Shown piece by piece: positions 1 to 11,165 of a stretch of 64,000 nt of DNA; position 1 is the stretch's first letter; the number at the start of each line of letters is the position of its first letter. Origin of the DNA: Azolla caroliniana (Eukaryota > Plantae > Polypodiophyta); contig JBHGNT010000006.1 of NCBI GenBank assembly GCA_043228905.1, forward strand, positions 4,774,001 through 4,838,000, written 5' to 3'. The notes beneath the pieces were generated by a model, which made no database searches, was not told the DNA's origin, and worked only from the letters and a program-made list of their open reading frames with translations. The position numbers were made by a program, and so were the translations under genes.

Positions 1-578
1 GTTGAATCCAAAGCATTCATTTCCTCTATACCGCCCATGAGAACCTCGTTGAAGAAAGTTTGAGGAACAGAGCATGTCCCTGTTCTTGCTTCTAATTCAA
101 CTTTCATTTGTGGAAAAATTTCAATATTAATCTCTACATAGCTGAGAGATTTCTTTCTAAGAAGTGATCTCATAGACCTACAATCTTGGCATGAACCTCT
201 GGAAAACAGAGTAACCCTACCTTTCATCATTTTAGGGTAGGTTTGTAAGTTTCTCTGAACATCATTATCACGCATCTCTTCTTCTTCATAATCATTATCG
301 TCAAGTAATCCGAGGTCTTCGAGCTTCTCAGAAAGTCTTCTGATTACTTTACTCACAGAAATGCTTTTCTCCTTAACGAAGCTCTTGAATAAGGAAGCTT
401 TCTCGGGCCAATCCATGGATGGACTAGTAGAAGAAAAAGAAGGGGAAATGCTCTGTTTCATTTTTGGTGAGATGGGTTCTTCTTCTTCTTTTAAGCTTTT
501 TCCATTGGGAGAGGGTTTATCAGAGGTTACATATACTTCAGTAGCACCATGATCAGAAACCTGGACAGAGTTCTCCAT
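1..578 (-). CDS. Glutaredoxin-domain protein, probably GRX-DEP-DUF547 type; 5' part only, runs off the window
   Basis: Manual translation from ATG at 578 is open to the window edge: MENSVQVSDH...MKGRVTLFSRGSCQDCRSMRSLLRKKSLSYVEINIEIFPQMKVELEARTGTCSVPQTFFNEVLMGGIEEM. CxxC, VP and GG motifs of the GRX fold are present. Absent from the ORF track because there is no stop in the window. Confidence 0.8.
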   Translation of the reverse strand, partial: MENSVQVSDHGATEVYVTSDKPSPNGKSLKEEEEPISPKMKQSISPSFSSTSPSMDWPEKASLFKSFVKEKSISVSKVIRRLSEKLEDLGLLDDNDYEEEEMRDNDVQRNLQTYPKMMKGRVTLFSRGSCQDCRSMRSLLRKKSLSYVEINIEIFPQMKVELEARTGTCSVPQTFFNEVLMGGIEEMNALDS

Positions 579-2109
579 AACTGGAAAGAGGAGAAGAAGA
601 AGAAGAAGAAGAAGAAGAAGAAGGTTGCTAACAAGGCGATTGATTAATAACTATGGAAGCGAATTCTCTGTACGACGAATGGGTTAGGAGAAAAATGTCA
701 TGCTGAAACCATGAACCTCTGAAAACCCATTCTCTATGCAGGCTCTCTCTCTCTCTCTCTGTATATATATATATAGATATACATAATACATGTATATATG
801 ATATATCTATGTAAAGAGAGAGAGTATGTGTATGTATATGTGTATGTATATGTATATGTATATGTGTATGTATATAAAGAGAGTACGTGTGTGTATATAT
901 ATATATCTATATCTCTTTATCTCTTGGTAGTGTGAATGTCTCCAATACTTACCTTAGTGTGATTGTGCCACAAACACTCCCACTCTGATACACAACCATG
1001 TGTCTCTCTATCACTAGTAGTATATGCATGGCATTCAAATTTGTCCACCAAATAGCTAGCTAGTGTTCAAAGTTGTCCACCAAATAGATGGCTAGTAGTG
1101 TCCAGAGTTGTCCACCTGATAGCTAGCTAGCTACTTGGGTGGCCATTTGTTGTATGGACACTTCACTTCGTATGTATGACCTGCCTCTCCTCGTGACTAA
1201 GAATCACCTCTTGTTATTTCGTCATAATCCAATCCACGTGTTGTATCTCATATATTTGGTTTCCTATGTTAAGATGCCTTGGAATGATAGCTTTATTTTA
1301 GAGCTTCATAGACGTAAAATTGATACAAATCATGCTATATATATAGTTAGCAATGGAGTTCTTCTTGTACATCAACACCATTCCTACTCATAACAATATC
1401 ATGATGTTTGTTTATAGTATATATCCAAATTATATATAAGTGGCGCGCTAGGTTGAAAGTTTGAGATTTTCTAGTGTGGGTTATGTGCTACGAACTTACA
1501 CATCAACATTTACACCCAAGTGGACAACATTGTGGTGTAGGTTAGAAAACTAGGTTCTCCCAAATACTTGGTCACCAAGGTAAAAATGTGGGATGTCGTT
1601 GGTGGTTTATCTAGGCTAGATTTTGTAGCCTTTCTTGCTAGATTGTCCAACAAAAACAACTAATTTACATTTCCATTCAAATGTGGTGTTATTGCTTTCA
1701 ACATTCATTTCAAGACATAAAAATCCAAGATTTAAATTTGATCACACATTATCAAGTGTTATCATGATTGATACTTTGCACTTCTTTTTTAATTATGCAA
1801 CGTAACTTTTCAAAGCATTACATAGTTTGAAACATTAATTTATTTGGGTTTGTTTCCAAGTTGTATTTAAGGGCATGATGCATGAACATACTTACCTTTT
1901 TTATCGAGAGCTATGTCATATTACACAAATTCATGTGTGACTGGAAATCGAGGTCTTGGATGTGTTTCTTCGACGCAACATGATTTGGTCATTTACCCAA
2001 GTGGCAATATGTACTAGGAAGAGAAATCTTAAAATCAAGTAGAAATGTTGAAGGAGGTTAAGAATATCAAAATATAATGGGTAATTGATATTACTGATGA
2101 AATTCTACC

Positions 2110-2358
2110 ATATTTCAAATCTCATTAGCCTATAGGCATATCCAAATTTCAAGCAAGGATTGTTATTTTCAAATCTCATTAAGCCTATAGCCTATAAGCA
2201 TATCCAAATTTCAAGCAAGGATTCTTATGTTCATGTCACAACTTTATGACCCTTGAAATTTGGATTGTTATTTTCAACTCTCATAAAGCTTATAGCCTAT
2301 AAGCATATCCAAATTTCAATCAAGGATTGTTATGTTCATGTCACAACTTTATGACCCT
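2110..2358. repeat. Degenerate local tandem repeat, about 3 copies of caaatctcatt..gcctata(a/g)gcatatccaaatttcaagcaaggatt
   Basis: Motif seen at ~2116, ~2170 and ~2275; block tatgttcatgtcacaactttatgaccctt occurs twice. Confidence 0.7.
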
Positions 2359-5241
2359 TCTCTTTCGCTGATTCATTTCACATAAAGCTTCGCACCTCTA
2401 TCCATACCATCTACAATGTTGTTGTCGTGCATTTCGTCAACCTTTGACATAATATTATTATTACATTCAAATCTCGTGGGATAATGTAGCGCCTTTTGTC
2501 AACTTTTGACATATACATTATTTTTATTATTGCATTCAAACCTCATGAGTATATTCCAAGCATTAATTTGCAATTGCAAATTAGTCCACACTTCCGTTCA
2601 TTCAATAAAACTAATGTGAAAACATTTTTCAATAACACGGCTTGTACTACTAAGAGAGAGGAGGGGATAACAACTATTTATAGCCATGACCCCCAACATT
2701 TTTTCTTGTAATCTCACCATCAATATTGTTTGCATAACTTTGAATCATGACACTTTGAAGATTGTAATCAGTCAACAACAGAAACCTTAAATAATCTTCA
2801 CAATTAACACAAACATTATCTTGGCCCAAGTTACAATTATAATGACCATAATATATTATAAAAATGTGTTGAGATTTACGTCTCTTCTATTAGTGTGACG
2901 ACTCGACGAGACAAGTGGGTGTTATAAATCAATTTACATAAAAATGTGTTTCCATTATTTCTTGCACAATTTCAATGTTTTTAAGAAAAAGGACAAACGC
3001 AAAGAAAGAATGCATTATTCATTTTCCATCATCAATGTTCCTCAAGAATACCAAGTCATATATGGCTTGCCACCAAAGACTAAAATTTATGTATATCTAT
3101 AGCTTTGTTACACAACAACCTTTTTGTAACTTCCACTTGTATATCTCGCTTAAAACTAGACATAATAAATCGTTAACCTAACCTATGTAGCATAGAGTAA
3201 CATGTCGACTATCTATCATTACTAAAGTTAATAAGAATTTTGTTGTGGGTTTACTAATTTGGAATTTACAATATGAGTTCAATGCAAGCACTATTATGAT
3301 AATATAAATAAATACTTTCACAAACCTAATAATTTATTTACTTTCTCATTTAACCAACGTATTTAGTCTCTCGAGAAAAGCAAACAATTGTGCACTTTTA
3401 CTATTTCAAAAGATCGAAATTTGCAATGGGTGGACCCTTACATTTGTATTGAATGTTCAATAAACATGGCACATTTGATATGTTTCTTGTGATCAAGCGC
3501 AGTGGCCTAAATTTCTTGGCCTCGTATAAACTTGGGTTCAGTTCTTCAATTTATAAGTAACCAAAGTATGGAATCCTTTCCAAACCTACGCAAATCCATA
3601 AGAAAAGTGCAATTTAGAGAAATAAACACATTAACATAGTAGCCTATACATTATAAACATGTGTTATGTTGAGTTGTGTTTATCTTTTGTATGTTTTGTT
3701 GTATTTTGTGTAAGTTATAAAGTACCATAATGCAATAAGACATTCTATCCTCTTTGAAATTTATACTTTATGAGCATCAAGGTTCACACATTTCTTGCAT
3801 GATTACCTTAGTCCTTTCATTACGATATGCTATTATACGAGAAATGATTGCGGAGATAGCTTATTCAATATTGAAGTGTTACACAATAAGCCATCTTTGA
3901 CTAATCCTAGTCAAAGGCAATCTCTTTTTCATGTAAATTTATTATGATAGTGAAGGGATTATAATATTATTCAAAAACTGATTTTGCATCACATAAATAA
4001 GTATAGATGCCCCACATTCGTGACCTATAGATCCTAATATTACCTTATTGAACCGCTAGAGATTAAATATATATGATTTTGTTGTGATGAAGCTTGTGAC
4101 TTATGAACCCGGATCATGAATTCCAGTTTTTGGCAACAATGTAATTTGCTTTGACATTAATGCACCTTTGTTTGAATTTTTTCGATCATGGGCCTGCGAT
4201 TGACAAAGGAGAATTGAAGGAGGAGAGCTCTAGCAATCGAAAGGAAGGAAAAGAAAACAATGGGTGGGAGTGAGCAAGGGAGAAAAAGGGATATCATAAT
4301 ATTATCTCTATCATTGCTCCCTTCTTTATCATATTATAACACACATTATCTTAAATCTAAAACTTAAACATCTCATATACATTGAACATAACATCCTATA
4401 TCCACTACGTAAATTTACCACATTCTTTCAAAGTCTTGCTTTTGAGTTAGAGTTATAGAATATATATATGTATGTATGTATATATTGGGATGCAATCGTG
4501 CTCTTGAGTAAAATGTTTGCAATTTCACATTGTTTAATTATGGAGGACTCTTAATGTTGTCCCACAACATGGCATCCGTACCTTGTTGTACAATGGCTTG
4601 ATCAAGGTTAAATATATGTATGTGGTTTCCATGTGAGGAAGCTAGTGTAATGACAAACATTGAATATATGTAAGATGGTCAAGGGAAGAGTTTATTGACA
4701 TCATACTTGGTGTGACTTGTTTTGTTGTTGTCTTACACATTTGTTGTAGCTAATTTAGAGGAGTGTTTTTATTGAAAACAGATAAAGTGGCGGACGCACA
4801 CACCCTATTGCCATTAGCTTGCCCCCATGTTCTCATTGTTTGACACTTCTTGCGTCTACTCAGTGGCCTTGCTTCATCGATGTGCTATTGGCCTGTATTT
4901 GCCAACATTTCGTTCCCATGGCCACCATTCTCATGCCTATTCTAAACCCTCTATTCTAAGGTGTCCTTGGATCTAATCATCAAGGGCCTCCAAGCTACAA
5001 ACTCTTTTTTATATACTGATTATCAAAGGCACTAAGCTAACAAAGTTTTCCTTTTGTAAACATTCATTCTAATATTGTAGTTGGGGCATCTATACAATCT
5101 AAACCAAGGTCTATGCTCAGCATATGATTTTGATTTAATATTTGACTAATTAATTGTGTTAGCTTCCACAACTTTAAACTCTTCAATTTTTATAAGTAAT
5201 CCCTATAGTCACAATCAAATCTCCTTAGCTCATCCCTCTTG

Positions 5242-5273
<32 letters not shown>

Positions 5274-5276
<3 letters not shown>

Positions 5277-6246
5277 AATAATGGCTTTCATTACGAAAGA
5301 AAAAAACACCACCATGACAAACTTACTACAAAGTATAGAACCCTTCTATCAAGGGATCTAAAGAATACTACGACACCAAACTCAGTGCCACCCTACAGAC
5401 CAATTCAAATGGCGAGTATGATGATATGTGACCTTGCAGAGTTCTCTCTCTTCCTGGTTGAGATTTCGTGACTTCTCTAGCACTGTCAATTGCCACAAAA
5501 GAAGTCTTTTTAACTTAAGAACATATTTTCTCACCCCAACTTGCGAATAAAAAATGAAGGCATTTCGCATATTCCAATTGAACCATAGCCCCCAATACCT
5601 CAAGAACTCAAAAATAATTTGAAAATGAGGCATTGGTTTATTGTTCTCCATATGTGCAAAACCCCAACTGAAGGAAGATAGACTTACTCCTGTTAGAGAC
5701 ATCCACACTAAACTGATACACCTCCAAACCATCCTTGCCATCGGGCATGAAATAAATCGATGCCTACTATGTTCCAATTCCACCGAACAAAAGAAACACA
5801 ATCCTTTAGTAATGTTTCTTTTTTTTAATGCATCCCCTAATGGTAAAGCTCCAACCATAACTCTCCAAATAAATACCTTGGCTCGTAGCATCAATCGAGA
5901 ACACCAACCTGCCTTGATCACATGAAACCACCAAGTAATGGGCTTATGAAAACCCCGTATCTTTATAACCCTTTCTTCCAACCACTTATGTTTGTCAATC
6001 AACTTGTGATACGCAACATTCGTTGAGATCATAGTCAATCTCTTATTTCCAACAAACCTCCAATCAAGCTCTTGAGATCGCCCATCTAAATCAGGAATTG
6101 GCTCATGCGAAGATAGTATTTGTTGCAACTTATCCCAAATAAAGTTATAACCTTTTGGAAAACGAAATGTTGATCTTATTGTTCGAAAAGCCATTAATCT
6201 TCTTTGTGAAACCAACATAGCATCCTTAATTGTTACCAAACCCCAT
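5274..6246 (-). mobile_element. L1-type LINE, 3' end of ORF2 (zf-RVT region) plus 3' UTR
   Basis: ORF 5382-6239 contains KVFIWRVMVGALPLGDALKKRNI..CFFC..E..RHRFISCPMARMVW, typical of plant LINE zf-RVT. It is cut at 6246 by an LTR. Confidence 0.85.
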
Positions 6247-7453
6247 TGTTAAGAATTAGGTAAGTAATTAAGGGTTAATTAGTACCTAATTATGTGACTA
6301 GTTGAGAAGCGGAAGATTAAGTGATATGTAACACGTTCGCGTTCACAAGTGGAAGGATCGCGTATAAATGGAAGGATAAGGGAAATTTTGGTTGATTTTA
6401 GGGCTTTTTCAATGATTTTACAAAACACATTGATACCAGTATCATACATGTTCAAACATACTATGAAAAAGGTTAAAAATCCACTATTTTTGTGATTTAG
6501 AAGTAACTAAAAAAAGACGAATTTTAAAAAGTTACATTCTCAATTTATATCACAAACTTTACAACCAATGTTATTTTATAAGCAACGATTTTTTAGAAAT
6601 CATAAGAATTCAAAACACATGCTTTTATATTACTCGATTTGTTACAAGCGGAATGTAGTTACACTTAATAGCCAAATATACATTCATGATCACTCCTTTA
6701 CGGAGAATCACTACTATAACTAATATACAATGACGATTCCTCCTCATCATCCTCGGATATACCAATCAGTGCATTATCTTCGTCATAAACCAAATGGTTT
6801 GACTCTAGATTATATGTAGCAGATCTCGTTTGCCTTTGACTCGAGCCACCTTGTAGACCTGGTAATTTTTCTTTCATTATATCTATTGTTGACTTCCTTA
6901 ATCGTCCGGCTTTTGTAAGTGTGAAGTCGTACACGATGATATCCACATCAGAGATATCAAGGGTCGAGGTGTTACGAATGTTTCGCTTCCTCTTCCTACC
7001 TCCCCTTCTTGTTGGGCATTCAATCATCTCCAATGTATACTTACCTGTAAAAGCATTTGCACTTCTAGTGTTGTACCAATGAACATTTATAGACTTGATC
7101 GTGTTTTCTATTTCATGCATTAGCACTTCTAGAATTTTACCAACCCAAAATTGGTGGCCATGTGAGTTCTCATCAGCCGGCGTTGCAATCAACATCCCCG
7201 TGGTGAGCTCTTGCAAATTGCCTTGCTATCTAGCTTCGGCTGCTTTGGTCATCCTTGGTCCCACATAAATGTCTCTTTGTTGTGGATGGACTAAGCTGTC
7301 ATTAATCGCATTTGCTAGTTGCTCCGGAGTTCTATTTACGCGATCATGTTGCAGCAACCATGTGAATGGCGTTTCCAAATTCCAATTATCACCAGATACA
7401 CAATTGTCTATAATTCCTTTCTGATCACTATAAAATACATCCCACCATGACGT

Positions 7454-8291
7454 TGTCGTAGTGTATTTTGTACACTACGTGAAAAACTTATAAAGTACCA
7501 ATTTAATAAATATGAATAAATAGTAGAAAATATTAAAATTTATATAACATGCATAGGGCAAGATTCGAACCTTGCACCTCCATGTTAATAATGTAATGTC
7601 TTACCATTACACTAGCATTTCATTTGTGTTTAAAAATAGATGTTCCACATAGAAAGCTTAGTTCACCTAGGATAAACTTTAGTTAAAAGAAAACGCATGC
7701 TAAAAGAAAAAGCTACACATGCACATCTAGCGTGCATGAACGCTATAGTTGATAAAAAAAAACGCACAAGTTAGAAAAAGCATGATCACTTTAGATAAAG
7801 CATATAGTCTATCTATAGGAAAAGCATGGGGTCTATAGTTAGAGAAAAAGCATGGATTACTAAGACTTCCTCATCACTACATAAGGATGGGAAGCACAAT
7901 GTAATTGTGTGTGAAAAATATTTGGGAAATTGGATATATTTCCTAAAACACCAACAATCAATAAAATATACTCGTGGGATTCACGAAGTTTTATATAATC
8001 TATCTCTTTCAATCTAAATTCATATTCTTACATATTTAATATTGATTAATGTAATACTTGTGGGATTCACAAGGTTTGATCTCTTTTCTATTTCTACTCT
8101 AAACTATTCTAAACTATTTCAATTTATTACAATGATTAGTACAAACTAAAACAACTCTACTTGTGGGATTCACAAGCTTCTAATAATCTATACATAATTA
8201 AAATCGCCTCAAATTCTTCCTCTTCCTAGTCCAAAACCCCGGTGGTTCCCACCCGACTCACGCAAACGATCCGGAGCCGAAAGGCACGACA
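7454..8291. mobile_element. Solo-LTR-like insertion (838 bp) inside the transposase
   Basis: Termini TGTCGT...ACGACA, flanked by ACGT (7450-7453 and 8292-8295). Excision with one ACGT copy restores the transposase frame. Confidence 0.8.
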
Positions 8292-10154
8292 ACGTGTCTT
8301 GTTGTGCGGCATATTTCTTGGCGGCCTCAATATGCTTTCTTTTTTCTTCTAAGGCTTGGAGCCATGACCGTTTTTGTTCTGATACCAAGTCGCTCTGCAA
8401 CTGTCCTTTCTTCTCAATTGGCATTTGCTTAGCTCCATGGACAATTGTACTCAGCATACAAAGTAATAACTGGCAACCACCTTCAGGTTCCGATGTTGTA
8501 GAAGATGAATATTGTTTAGCATACAAAAGTGTAGAACCACTTATTCCATTTTTCTTTATCATAAAAATGTGATTGAAACTTATATTGTTTAACTAAGCAA
8601 GCACTTTAACATTCCCACCACCCCCATCTGATATATATCTCTTAAAGTCATATACCTCCTTCAAGTGTAACACTTTTGGGCGTGGTGTATATGCATCACA
8701 AATGACATCAAATAGTTTAGGTAAAGTGAAAGCATCATGCCGAGACAATTGTTTGGAGAATGTGCTAAACATCTGATCTAATTGGTCATGTGTGTGGCCA
8801 ACCAAAAGAAAATTGACTTTCACTTTCCTAAACAATTCTTGGTTGACCAACATACTTAGATAGCCAAACACAGTTGAATTTTTGTTCTCTCTAGCAGTAT
8901 TGTCCAATTGAATGTATAGAACAAGGGGGAAAGGTTGGCCCCAAGACATCAAAACTTGGTGAATGATTGTAACTGTTAGGTTAGGGTCATTGTGAACATT
9001 GGGGTATGTAATGAAGACGTGAGGTCCAACAGACCTATTATAAGCCAAGCATCCCACCAAGTGCATTTGAACAAGGCACTCATCATTGACATCTTTGGGG
9101 AGCCTCCGCATATGCGGCAAGCACGTCTTCTTTTGGTCCATGCCATCTATCATTAAGCACATGTATTGTTTGGGCCTCTTCAAACACTTCTCTCTATGAT
9201 GCATCGCCTTCTTTCGTTCTAATAATTGTGCCTCACGATGCTCTTGTAGTAACTTCTTACTCATATCCTTTTCCATTGATGTCTTTGCACCTTTAGCCAA
9301 ACTTTTAAGATTTGCACAAATGGAGCAATACCCCATACGTACTTTACGAGGAATGATAACATTTGAAAACCGAGCTCTCCATAATCTTGTGAATTGGCTA
9401 TAGGTGATAGACTTATTACGTGAGCCCAGCATATCAGATCGATAGACATCATAAACTTCCCGACGTGTATAATTATTAGAAAGGTGCATCCTACCTGTAG
9501 TGGGCATTACTTCACAATTTAACTGAAAGTAAGTTTTCATCCAACCAATAGCATGTCTTCCAATTGCACCTTTCATACTTGGAACCTCTTTACAATTGAG
9601 CATATGATCCCCGCTAAGTAGACGTTGTTGTACTCTATGTAGCCGCATGTTACTAACACATAACGCAATTTTGAATGCAACTCTACATATCTGTTGCGCA
9701 TGGAAGATATAATACTCGAATGATACTTTGATCCCCGTACATTTGTCAGATACTAGTTGCATATGTGACCCGAGGTAAGTGTCTTGCTCATCACTAGTCA
9801 TCGAAAAATAGTATCGCCTTAATTCTCGCAACTTTGATTTTCCAATCATAGACATACAACCACGGGCACAACATATTTTTTTGACATAAAATCCAATCTG
9901 TTTATCTGATGTCACTAAGCTAAATCTAGCCAGACGAATTCTTTGTAGGATTCTTCTAATATGCATAGGGCTCCCAGATTTCTCTTCCTGCATAGAGGTT
10001 GGTGTAACCTTGTTACAATCTAATTCTTTGTTGTGACCATCGCCAATGTTATTCAATGTTTCCATGGCACTACCTTCATTCTCCGTATCTTTATTAATAT
10101 CGTATTCTTCAATAGAGAACTCTTCACATGTGTCATTATTTACATTCCCTGTAG

Positions 10155-10315
10155 ATGAGCTAAGACAATATTCTTCGATAGAATATGGTGAGTCTATCGA
10201 TAGACAATATTCTTCAATAGAATATGGTGAGTCTGTCGACAAACAATACTCTTCAGTAGAAAACGATGAGTCTGATGACAAACAATATTCTTCAATTGAG
10301 AACGGTGAATCTTCA
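10155..10315 (-). repeat. 39-bp coding tandem repeat x4 (SxDSP(F/Y)SIEEYCL) at the transposase N-terminus
   Basis: Visible in the ORF translation and in the DNA; a fifth partial copy (FSIEEYD) follows. Confidence 0.85.
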
Positions 10316-11020
10316 CTCATGGCTTAAGGTCTAGATAGGGCTCTGTAAGTTATGTGCTTAGGGTAAGGAAAAAAACTAATAAGCTCCTCTCTAAACATAT
10401 ACTCCTCTCTAAACATAAACTTCTCTCTAAACAAAAGCCAAATCAATAGAATGTCTATATTATGTAATATTATATTAATACAATACATAAAAAAATTATT
10501 TTTAATATAGTAATTGTATTTAAAATATCAATTATTATTTAAACTACATCTATATGAAGTTAAATCAAGTATAATATAAATCTAATCATTACCAAGCCAT
10601 AAATATGTTGGATTAATGTTAAAATCATTGGCTAATTAATGGCACCCATATTTGATATAGAACCTCTCACTCATTGGTTCTTTAATGCTCACCATTTTAA
10701 ATATTAGACTTATCAATAATTGGTTAATTCATGCCCACATCTTTAATACACAGCATTTGAGAGTCATAAAAATTGTTGCTTTTAGTAATCAATCATTGGT
10801 ACATTCATGAACCTCTATCATTGTCTCCTTCATGACCTTTGAAGTCATTGCAGGTTGTTATGACTATAAAAGATTGATCAATATGTTAGTTTGACTTTGT
10901 AATCATTAATGCAATCATAAGTTACTCTAGTTAATGTGACTGTGGTTACCAACTAATTATCCTCAAACTTACCAACCTTGGTTAAGGTGACTATGGTTAC
11001 TTTAACCAATGTGGTCAATC

Positions 11021-11032
11021 CCTATAAATAGG
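11021..11032 (+). promoter_or_regulatory. Putative TATA box of the ParB-MTase gene
   Basis: cctataaatagg lies ~135 nt upstream of ATG 11166, followed by a leader with 9-bp agagc(g/a)(t/c)ac repeats. Confidence 0.55.
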
Positions 11033-11165
11033 AAGACCTCATCATATTTCACTCACAAGAGCACACAAGAGCGTACAGAGCGTACAGAGCACACAGAGCG
11101 TACAGAGCACACAGTGCATGAAGCACAAAAGCGCGATCTCCGTCTCCACTGCCACACGATCAACC

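Larger units (their letters stand above)
6698..10320 (-). pseudogene. DDE transposase, ~926 codons when reconstructed; broken by two TAG stops and an 838-bp insertion
   Basis: Motifs CLMIDGMDQKKT, YIQLDNTARENKN, FLLVGHTHDQLDQMFS, plus Cys clusters (CCARGC, CSIC). ORFs 8593-10320, 8209-8562 and 6698-7216 join in frame across TAG 8593-8595, the insertion (QQDT|SWWDVFY) and TAG 7226-7228. Confidence 0.88.

Noticed and set aside
361-552. Plus-strand 63-aa ORF
   Set aside because: Antisense shadow of the glutaredoxin-domain CDS.
8209-8291. C-terminus of the 117-aa ORF (LSCLSAPDRLRESGG...)
   Set aside because: Read-through into the inserted solo LTR; the transposase resumes at 7449.
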